Of a stretch of DNA of 64,000 nt, positions 9,506-17,242 are shown piece after piece. Both the position numbers and the translations under genes were made by a program. Under the pieces are notes generated by a model. That model made no database searches. It was not told where the DNA came from and saw only the letters and a list, made by a program, of their open reading frames with translations. The DNA is from Patescibacteria group bacterium (GTDB lineage Bacteria; Patescibacteriota; WWE3; UBA101185; UBA10185): contig JAHJEV010000003.1 in NCBI GenBank assembly GCA_018825365.1, forward strand, positions 238,619-302,618, in the 5' to 3' direction. Within the stretch, counting starts at the first letter, position 1. Each line of letters opens with the position of its first letter.

Positions 9506-10633
9506 AGTTTGATCTGCGGTCTTATCCCAACTGTACTTCATAATATTTTTGTAACCCTTATTTATAAGATCCTGTCTAAGATCAGCGTCTGTAATAAGTA
9601 AGTTAATCTTCTCCGCCATGTCATCAATGTTTAGCGGATCAAAGTATAAAACTGAATCACTATAAACTTCCTTGTGAATTGGAATATCAGAAATTACACA
9701 AGCTTTACCGAAATACTGAGCCTCCATAGGGGTCAAACTAAATCCCTCTTTTAATGATGGGAAAATGTAAGCTTCACATTCTTTTCTCATACCGCAGGTC
9801 TCCTCGTCAGTTATGTATTCCCTCATCCCGGGCAACAACACTCTTTCACCAAGCCCCATACTAAAAACCAGCTGACTGATGTTTTCGGAAAATTTATCCT
9901 TTTTGCCAACAAGTACAAGCTGACCGTTGTAATTATATTTCTTAATCAAGACCTCAAATGCTTGGATTAAACGAGGAACATTTTTATGTTCATACATGCT
10001 GCTTATATACAAAAGAAATGGTTTGTTGATTCCAAACTTATCCAAGACTTCATATCCCCTACTCACATCAGCGATTTTTATATCCGGATCTATCCCTTCT
10101 TGGGCGATTACATATTTATCTTTGGAGGTTTGAGGGTAGTATTTGAGAAAATCTTCAAGAACGGTTTGGGCTGGAACAATAATTTTTTTGGACTTTACTA
10201 CTGCCCATTTAAACACCAGTTTATAAACTAGTTTTTTAAGTTTGAAATATGGTTTGAAAAGAGTTGTACCTTTTTCCGTGCTAAATGTATGCATTATTAA
10301 ATCGGGAATAGCGGTAACTAATTTTCCCGGATACAAAACAGGAATATTAAAATGTGGAACATATAAAAGATCTAATTTATATTTGAGTATTTTAAACAAA
10401 AATCTAAACTGCTCATCAAATGAATACCATTTATAGTCCGCTAACACTTTTTCAAAATTGGGATTCTCAGGTTTATAAGCATTAAATCCTTGCGGGCGTA
10501 GAAACACAACGTATCTGTTTAAACCATCTATTCTTTCCAAATGAGTGAGAATGTTTTTTGTGTACCTTCCAGGACCGGCTTCCCCATAGAATCTTGCGTC
10601 AATTCCAATTCTCTTTTGTTTTTCGCTTCTCAC
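9470..10633 (-). CDS. Glycosyltransferase family 4
   Basis: It carries the KEGFSLTPMEAQYFGKACVISD motif. It overlaps the previous GT convergently by 36 nt. Confidence 0.8.
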   Translation of the reverse strand: MRSEKQKRIGIDARFYGEAGPGRYTKNILTHLERIDGLNRYVVFLRPQGFNAYKPENPNFEKVLADYKWYSFDEQFRFLFKILKYKLDLLYVPHFNIPVLYPGKLVTAIPDLIMHTFSTEKGTTLFKPYFKLKKLVYKLVFKWAVVKSKKIIVPAQTVLEDFLKYYPQTSKDKYVIAQEGIDPDIKIADVSRGYEVLDKFGINKPFLLYISSMYEHKNVPRLIQAFEVLIKKYNYNGQLVLVGKKDKFSENISQLVFSMGLGERVLLPGMREYITDEETCGMRKECEAYIFPSLKEGFSLTPMEAQYFGKACVISDIPIHKEVYSDSVLYFDPLNIDDMAEKINLLITDADLRQDLINKGYKNIMKYSWDKTADQTLGVFNEILQNS

Positions 10634-10703
10634 ACCTTCATTTTATATGTGTTTGGGATTTGAAGCAAAAAAAGGAGGATAAGCTTCTACAAACAAGATA
10701 CCC

Positions 10704-11273
10704 TCAAGATAGACCATGAGTACTTTTAAACTGCTTTAGAGCAAACTTTATTGGTCCCAACTCACTCTTAATAACCCGAGGGTTTTCTCCTAAGCCACCA
10801 ACGTCTAGCCACTCAGAACCTTCCGATACTGTAGAATCGTCAGGTATTTGAGCCAAGTAGCACTGTACAACATCGGGACCACGCTTTGAGAGCTGGGGAA
10901 GTACCCCTACAAATATCGGATCTCCAACAAAATTACATTTTAATTCCTCGTGTTGAATTCTCTGGAATGCCCCATTTATTGGATTACCATCCTCTCTTAA
11001 GAAATCCATTCTTCTCAAAAGTTGTCCTGGGGAGTTAAGCATTCCTTCCCAAATAATATCTCGAGGGGGTCTTGGTAGAAGAAGAACTTGCACTTTCCCA
11101 TCATATAAACGAAATACGATAGTCTCTATAGCTGGCTGCGGAATAGCATAAGCTAACCAATTTAAGACCTTGGGGGAGAACCTTCCCCCTCCCGCGTCGG
11201 CCCACTTCTTTAATATGCAACAAAGTATCTCGTCCTCTTGGGGGGACAAACCCTCAGTTAAATCTTCAAACAT
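10704..11273 (-). CDS. Hypothetical protein (possibly a degenerate Nudix-fold hydrolase)
   Basis: The segment ...VQVLLLPRPP...WEGMLNSPGQ...AFQRIQHEELK loosely resembles the Nudix strand-loop-helix, but with a non-canonical box. The gene is clearly GC-richer than the rest of the window. Confidence 0.3.
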   Translation of the reverse strand: MFEDLTEGLSPQEDEILCCILKKWADAGGGRFSPKVLNWLAYAIPQPAIETIVFRLYDGKVQVLLLPRPPRDIIWEGMLNSPGQLLRRMDFLREDGNPINGAFQRIQHEELKCNFVGDPIFVGVLPQLSKRGPDVVQCYLAQIPDDSTVSEGSEWLDVGGLGENPRVIKSELGPIKFALKQFKSTHGLS

Positions 11274-11276
11274 ATA

Positions 11277-12281
11277 TTATTCAGCAGGCCTAAACCACCT
11301 TCCTTGTTTGTAACCCACAGAATCCCAAAAAAAGTCGGCGGGGCTTAATTTTTTATAAAACCATAAAGGTGCCCGATGATAAGAAAGTCTACCAAGCTGG
11401 TACCCCAACCATCCCATCGCAAGTTGAAAAAATGCAGTAGGAAACATTTTAAGTTCATTCTTTAAAACATATTGTAGAAGCCCCGCTGCATACCCTACTC
11501 CCCTTTTTTGATCCCCCCCGGTACCAAAATTAATTACTTTTTCCCACTGCTTTCTATACATCCCGGTATCAAAATGCCTAATAAACTCTTTCTTTGGTCC
11601 GTAATTGTGTGAGTGACTTACAACCGCATCCGCTACATACGCTATTTTATGACCCTTTTTAAGTAGCATCGCCGCGGCAATTGCGTCTTCGCCTGACAAG
11701 ACCCATCTAAACCCTCCTATTTCATCCAATGCTTTACTAAGATACGCGGTGCAAGCGTCAGAGCAAAAAGCTGTATATATACCGTATTTACCAGCATCCC
11801 TAGCACTTCTGATATTGCCTTCTTCTGGAAAACTAAACATTCTGCCATATCTCGAAACTATGTTTGCCCCTTCATAAGGAATTTGCTTCGCGTATGCTAT
11901 CGAAGACTTTCCCTCCATAATTGGTCTCACCAATTTCTCAAGCTGGTACTCATCAGTAAAGTAGGCATCGGGAGTCATCATCACAACAATGTCGGTTCCC
12001 AGCTTCTTTCTTGTTCTTTCTCGCGCCTCACCATGATTCATCTCAGTTCTTGGTATTGAAAATACTTCCATACCAAACTTTCTTGCCTCACCCACAGTAC
12101 CGTCATTAGTAGGTTTTATAGTACCGTCGTCCTCAAAATCAGAATTAAACACTATTACTTTGGGCTTTAAAGGGGAGTCTAGCAGCGGAGGTAAACACTT
12201 CTCCAGATGTTTTTTATCTTTATACGTAATAATGCCGACACCAACAGTCATATTTTTATTGTCTTGGTTAGTTTGTTCCAT
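11277..12281 (-). CDS. GT2-like glycosyltransferase (rhamnosyltransferase-like)
   Basis: The N-terminal VGVGIITYKD resembles the GT2 motif VSVIIPTYN. It has a Dx[DA]-like TPDAYF motif and a soluble ~330-aa size, with elevated GC. Confidence 0.45.
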   Translation of the reverse strand: MEQTNQDNKNMTVGVGIITYKDKKHLEKCLPPLLDSPLKPKVIVFNSDFEDDGTIKPTNDGTVGEARKFGMEVFSIPRTEMNHGEARERTRKKLGTDIVVMMTPDAYFTDEYQLEKLVRPIMEGKSSIAYAKQIPYEGANIVSRYGRMFSFPEEGNIRSARDAGKYGIYTAFCSDACTAYLSKALDEIGGFRWVLSGEDAIAAAMLLKKGHKIAYVADAVVSHSHNYGPKKEFIRHFDTGMYRKQWEKVINFGTGGDQKRGVGYAAGLLQYVLKNELKMFPTAFFQLAMGWLGYQLGRLSYHRAPLWFYKKLSPADFFWDSVGYKQGRWFRPAE

Positions 12282-13223
12282 TTATTTTCTATAATGGGAT
12301 ATGTAAAACTCAGCAAGGTCGTCCCAAGCAGTTTTTTCGTCCCAGCCCAATTCTTTAGCATTTAACTTTGTTGTGTTTACCCTCTTGCGTGGTTGTGGAA
12401 AATCAACTTGATCAAATATCTCTATTGGACAATCTACGTTCAACCTTATTTTCATTTCATCTGCAAATTGCTTTCCAAAATCTCCCTGACTCTTAACATA
12501 TTGACTTGGATTTATTCTCAACACACCTTTTTGCGAAATCAAGGATTCGGCAAATTCCTTATATGCCTTAGCAAGTAGAGAAACATGCATGTTGTCTCTA
12601 ATATACTTGGGAGTTTTTATCTTGGGCACTTCTTTTTTCAACCAAGATTCTATTAAATAAGAGGTAAATGTTGGAGATGGTTCCTCATAAGGACCGAAAG
12701 GATTCGGAATAACAAATTTTCCAATACTCATTCCCTTTGCTTGTGTATAATATTTAAATATTTCCCAAGTTAGCCCTTTGGATAACCCGTATGGTGAAAA
12801 CGCATTGAGAGGCTCATCCCCACTTCCCTCGTTTTGCTCGAATAAACTACCTGTGACGAGTAGATGGTCGCAATCCTGTTCTTTAAGAGAGTCTAAAACT
12901 TCAGAGATATTTAAGGTGTTACCTTGTAGTGCCTTTATAACATTAAAATCCGGCGATCGATAGTTTGTAACATCCGCGGCATGGTGACAAAACAAATCCC
13001 ATTTGGATGATTTAATCAAAGCAATAAATTCATCGTCACCAAAGTATTTCCCAATAACTGGGGTACATAAACTTTGTAGCAAAGCTACTCGTTCCTTTCT
13101 TATACCCTCAAACCCTTCTGGCTTTTGCTGGAAATGTGCGACAACTTCATGACCTGCACCATGTAACTCTTTAATAAACCAATAGCCCGTAAATGAACTT
13201 GAACCGTCAAATAGTATTTTCAT
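12282..13223 (-). CDS. Extended SDR NAD(P)-dependent sugar epimerase/reductase
   Basis: A Rossmann-like N-terminus (ILFDGSSSFTGYWF) and a catalytic YxxxK (SPYGLSK) are present. It overlaps the RmlC-like gene by 4 nt. Confidence 0.7.
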   Translation of the reverse strand: MKILFDGSSSFTGYWFIKELHGAGHEVVAHFQQKPEGFEGIRKERVALLQSLCTPVIGKYFGDDEFIALIKSSKWDLFCHHAADVTNYRSPDFNVIKALQGNTLNISEVLDSLKEQDCDHLLVTGSLFEQNEGSGDEPLNAFSPYGLSKGLTWEIFKYYTQAKGMSIGKFVIPNPFGPYEEPSPTFTSYLIESWLKKEVPKIKTPKYIRDNMHVSLLAKAYKEFAESLISQKGVLRINPSQYVKSQGDFGKQFADEMKIRLNVDCPIEIFDQVDFPQPRKRVNTTKLNAKELGWDEKTAWDDLAEFYISHYRK

Positions 13224-13786
13224 AAACTAACTGTATCCATACCCTGCAAATGCCATGCAGGATCAAAATCGGTTTGTTTGGAATCCTTTTCTGAAATATG
13301 TTTCGGTTCATAAGGCCACTTTAAATCAAATTTCGGATCATTCCATCTTATTATTCTTTCTTTGTCGAGAGTATAAAACTCACTCACTAGATATAGAAAC
13401 TCTGTATCTTTTTCCATGGTCATAAAACCATGGGCAAAACCCTTTGGGATGTACATCATTCTCCTATTTTCCGCCGTAAGCTCTATACCAAAAGACTTAC
13501 CAAAAGTAAGAGAACCAGACCTAAGATCTAAAGACATATCATAAGTAGCACCTTTTAAACATCTGGCAACTCTGATTTCCGCAGCGGGGGGAAGTTGGTA
13601 GTGCATACCTCGGAGTGTGTGCCTTTCTTTTGTTAATGAATTATTAATTTGAACTATTTTTCCTTCTAAACCATGATTTTTGAATTGATTTTCACAATAA
13701 AAACGGGCAAAGAAGCCTCGTTCATCTTCCCTTTTCTCCAAATCAATTATGAACAATCCAGGAATTGGGGTTTCTGTAAATATCAT
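13220..13786 (-). CDS. NDP-4-keto-6-deoxyhexose 3,5-epimerase (RmlC/RfbC cupin family)
   Basis: The sequence ...PGLFIIDLEKREDERGFFARFY...RGMHYQ... is a typical RmlC signature within a 188-aa length. Confidence 0.8.
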   Translation of the reverse strand: MIFTETPIPGLFIIDLEKREDERGFFARFYCENQFKNHGLEGKIVQINNSLTKERHTLRGMHYQLPPAAEIRVARCLKGATYDMSLDLRSGSLTFGKSFGIELTAENRRMMYIPKGFAHGFMTMEKDTEFLYLVSEFYTLDKERIIRWNDPKFDLKWPYEPKHISEKDSKQTDFDPAWHLQGMDTVSL

Positions 13787-14595
13787 AATTCTTTACCTTC
13801 ACCTTTTTCCCAAACAACCCAAGGGGGACTGCCACTTTCCCACAGCTTATTAAGACTTAGGTAATCTTTCATAGTATCCATGCAATGCCAAAAACCATCA
13901 TGCCTATACATGGAAAGTTTCTGATCTTCGGTCAGCCTGATTAGACTATCCTCAATCATTTCGTTTTTTTTGAAGTAAGAAACAGCTTTTTTGTTATAAA
14001 CCTGAAAACCACCATTAATATAATCTCTTAGGATAGGCTTCTTTTCGACAAACGCTGTAACGAGATTGTCCTTATTAAATGTTAGTACCCCATATTTGGA
14101 ATGTGGGTGAACACAAGAAACGGTGGCGTATGTTCCAAATTTTTTCTCTTGCTCCATATGAAAATCCACAAGTCTATTAATATCAATAGTGCTAACCCCA
14201 TCCCCATAGGTAACCATAAAATGGTCTTCTTCCACATGCTCTAAGGCCTGTAAGACCCTGTCTGTTGTCATAGTATCCTCTCCTGTCTCAACAAAAGTAA
14301 TATTGTGGTCGTGGTTGTGGCGTTTATTTAAAAGGGTAGTTTTACCTGTTTTCATATCAAACTTGAAATCGTCACTGTACCTGGAAAGGGTAAGGAAATA
14401 ATCCTTTATTAACTCACCTTTATAACCCAAACACACAATAAAATCCTTGTGACCGTAGTGTGCGTATATATTCATTATGTGTAGCAAAATTGGGTAACTG
14501 CCAATCTTAATAATAGGCTTCGGTTTAAATTCTGTTTCTTCCTGTAATCTCATCCCCCTTCCGCCACAAAGTATAATAGTTTTCATACGTAACAT
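13783..14595 (-). CDS. rfbF: Glucose-1-phosphate cytidylyltransferase
   Basis: The N-terminus MKTIILCGGRGMRLQEETEFKPKPIIKIGSYPILLHIM... is a near-canonical RfbF/DdhA N-terminus. Confidence 0.85.
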   Translation of the reverse strand: MLRMKTIILCGGRGMRLQEETEFKPKPIIKIGSYPILLHIMNIYAHYGHKDFIVCLGYKGELIKDYFLTLSRYSDDFKFDMKTGKTTLLNKRHNHDHNITFVETGEDTMTTDRVLQALEHVEEDHFMVTYGDGVSTIDINRLVDFHMEQEKKFGTYATVSCVHPHSKYGVLTFNKDNLVTAFVEKKPILRDYINGGFQVYNKKAVSYFKKNEMIEDSLIRLTEDQKLSMYRHDGFWHCMDTMKDYLSLNKLWESGSPPWVVWEKGEGKEL

Positions 14596-14788
14596 ATTAA
14601 CACGTGCAAATTTTTTTGTTAACCAAACAAATTACCTTATTTTCCAGCATCGTTTTCTCATGCCAATCTTATAGTTTATAATTAGTAAACGCGGGTTACA
14701 CCATGGCCAAACATTAAGATTGCACCAAATGAACTTGATTGCTTCCTTGCTCATTTCAACGTAAAATACTAAACATGGAGGAACAAAT

Positions 14789-15940
14789 ATGAATGCTATG
14801 TTCAATAATGTTTTTAATGGAGTAACTGTTCTCATAACGGGTCATACAGGTTTTAAAGGTTCTTGGCTTTGCATATGGTTAGAAAAATTGGGAGCTAAGG
14901 TAGTTGGTTACAGCATAGATATACCTACCACACCATCTAACTTCGACCTATCCAATTTAAATAAACATGTGATTGACATCAGAGGGGACACAAGAGACTT
15001 GCCTAAGCTACAGTCTGTAATAGAAGAGCACAAACCAAAGATAATATTTCACTTAGCCGCTCAAGCTATCGTATTAAAAGCCTATGACAGCCCTAAAGAA
15101 ACCTTCGATACAAACGCCGGGGGAACTGTAAATGTTCTTGAGGCAGTTAGAAAAACCAATTGTGTTGAGATAGTTGTATCAATAACCTCAGACAAGGTGT
15201 ATCACAATAACGAGTGGAATTGGGGTTACAGAGAGACGGATTTACTGGGAGACAAAGATCCGTATGCTGCAAGTAAAGCGATGGCAGAACTTGCTATAGA
15301 ATCTTATAGGAGATCCTACTTCGCTGAAGGTAGCCTCGGAAGTAAAAGGGTAGCGCTATCTTCCACAAGAGCAGGAAATGTTATCGGCGGCGGTGATTTT
15401 GCCGACTACAGACTTGTTCCAGATTCAATGAAAGCATTAATTCTTGGGGAGCCGATTAAAATAAGAAACCCGGCTAACGTTAGACCTTGGCAATTGGTTC
15501 TTGAACCTCTAAGCGGATATTTGTGGTTAGCTGCAAAAATGTTAGGTAACCCAAACGGTGAATACAACAAAGCATGGAACTTCGGTCCCCTTAATACAAA
15601 GGGGGTTACTGCGGGTGAAGTAACTGACACATTAGTAGAGCTGTGGGGGGAGGGGTCTTGGGTAAATACAGGCACAAATCAAGCTGAAAAAGAAGCCGGT
15701 CTTTTGATGCTAGACTGGTCCCTCGCCAACAGAGAGCTGGGTTGGAGACCTGTGTATACAGATAGAGAAACTTTATCTGAGGTAGTTTCGTGGCACAAGG
15801 AGTATGCAAGACAAAACACATCTTCAAGCAGCACATTAGATATGTTTGAGACCTGCAGTAAGCAAATTGATAAATATTCTGAAAGAGCCAAGGAATTAAA
15901 AATTCCATGGGCATTCACAGACACAAATAAGGCAATGTAA
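14789..15940 (+). CDS. rfbG: CDP-glucose 4,6-dehydratase
   Basis: The sequence ...VLITGHTGFKGSWLCIWLEKLGAKVVGYS... and the YAASKA catalytic region match RfbG/DdhB. A GGAGG RBS lies 8 nt upstream of the ATG. Confidence 0.85.
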   Translation: MNAMFNNVFNGVTVLITGHTGFKGSWLCIWLEKLGAKVVGYSIDIPTTPSNFDLSNLNKHVIDIRGDTRDLPKLQSVIEEHKPKIIFHLAAQAIVLKAYDSPKETFDTNAGGTVNVLEAVRKTNCVEIVVSITSDKVYHNNEWNWGYRETDLLGDKDPYAASKAMAELAIESYRRSYFAEGSLGSKRVALSSTRAGNVIGGGDFADYRLVPDSMKALILGEPIKIRNPANVRPWQLVLEPLSGYLWLAAKMLGNPNGEYNKAWNFGPLNTKGVTAGEVTDTLVELWGEGSWVNTGTNQAEKEAGLLMLDWSLANRELGWRPVYTDRETLSEVVSWHKEYARQNTSSSSTLDMFETCSKQIDKYSERAKELKIPWAFTDTNKAM

Positions 15941-15947
15941 ATTTCAA

Positions 15948-15970
15948 AACCCCAGGAAACCGGGGTTTAG
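15948..15970 (+). terminator. Possible hairpin terminator/attenuator after rfbG
   Basis: An ACCCCAGG-aaa-CCGGGGT imperfect hairpin is followed by TTTAGAGTT. The T tract is weak. Confidence 0.3.
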
Positions 15971-16012
15971 AGTTATCTACAAAAAATACTTATTCTGCTA
16001 ACATATACCCTG

Positions 16013-17242
16013 ATGAGCAAATCCTTCCAAAAAATCGTATTTGTAGGCTTTGGAAACGTATTTAACGCCATATTGGGGTTTGCGTTCATATCCGCATCGG
16101 CAAAGATATTAGACCTTGAATCCTTTGGAAAATACGCTCTTTTGACCACACTTTTAGTTGCCATATCCAAGCTTATAGATTTCGGCACAAATTCCGTTTA
16201 TGTCGCCAGAGCAATATCAACCGAGGACAAAACGCTTAATAATACCTTCTACACTCTAAAAATCATCCTTCTCACGGCGTCCATTCCGGTATCAATGATT
16301 ATTCTCTTAATATTCAGGCTAACTAGCCTCCATCTGACTTTGTATTTCATCTTAGGACTTATTGCCTATTCCATTAATTACACGCTTGCGCCGATTTTCC
16401 AAAAACTGGAAAAATTCACTCACTGGGTTTTGTTAAACACTCTACCGGCATTGATCAAGGGGACATTTGCAATTTTAATGTTTACAAATTTAATTGCGCT
16501 AACTCTTCCACAAGCATTCGGGGTATTTTCACTTTCTCTTTTTGCAAGTGTCTTTTTAGTATTTTTTGTTCCCAAAGAATACAAAGAATTTAAACTTAAT
16601 TTTTCAAAAATAAAAACTATCCTAAAGGAAGCAGCCCCAGCAGGGCTATCCTTACTTATCTACGAGGGCTGGCCATCAATAAGCAACGCCATAGCAAAAA
16701 TAGCTAAAGACTTTTCAAATGTAGGAATATTCGCCATTGCAGAAAAAATTACAAGCATATTGGCCTTAGCATCAGTGTCTGTATTTACAGTTCTTCTTCC
16801 AAAAAACGCTTACAGGAAAAAACAAAAAGAAAATTACGATTTTAAAGAGATTTTTATGATATCTGCTCTTATACTTTTAAGTGCTTTTATAGGTATCTTT
16901 ATCTCTAAGTTCTTTATTTTAAGATTCCTGGGAGATAAATTCTCAGATTCTATCCCGCTTCTTGGATTCTTGATATTCGCAAGTGCCTTTACCGCGATAC
17001 ACAATTTTATGGAACATTACTTTTTCATTGAAGCCAAAACCAAATACATAATGTTTTTGAATGTCGGAAAACTGGCCTTGTTTTTAATCCTATCTGCCAT
17101 ACTCACACCTGCTTACTCTCTACAAGGATTGGCCATAGCAAATGTTATAGCAGCTCTGGCAGCTCTTGTTGCCACCACACTTATAATAAGTAAGCATCAA
17201 AAAAGAAGGTCTGTTTTAGAAGATAATCTAATACTTAACTAA
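16013..17242 (+). CDS. Wzx-like oligosaccharide flippase (polysaccharide biosynthesis protein, MOP superfamily)
   Basis: A ~409-aa protein with about 12 predicted TM helices and a PST-family-like N-terminus. Confidence 0.6.
   Translation: MSKSFQKIVFVGFGNVFNAILGFAFISASAKILDLESFGKYALLTTLLVAISKLIDFGTNSVYVARAISTEDKTLNNTFYTLKIILLTASIPVSMIILLIFRLTSLHLTLYFILGLIAYSINYTLAPIFQKLEKFTHWVLLNTLPALIKGTFAILMFTNLIALTLPQAFGVFSLSLFASVFLVFFVPKEYKEFKLNFSKIKTILKEAAPAGLSLLIYEGWPSISNAIAKIAKDFSNVGIFAIAEKITSILALASVSVFTVLLPKNAYRKKQKENYDFKEIFMISALILLSAFIGIFISKFFILRFLGDKFSDSIPLLGFLIFASAFTAIHNFMEHYFFIEAKTKYIMFLNVGKLALFLILSAILTPAYSLQGLAIANVIAALAALVATTLIISKHQKRRSVLEDNLILN

Noticed and set aside
10704-11273. Calling the GC-rich 189-aa protein a Nudix hydrolase (GDP-mannose mannosyl hydrolase-like)
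   Set aside because: The Nudix box spacing GX5EX7REUXEEXGU is not satisfied and there is only a loose resemblance. It is left as hypothetical.
14632-14835. 67-aa ORF in the rfbF/rfbG divergent intergenic region
   Set aside because: It overlaps the rfbG start and RBS and has no coding signature. It is most likely a promoter region.
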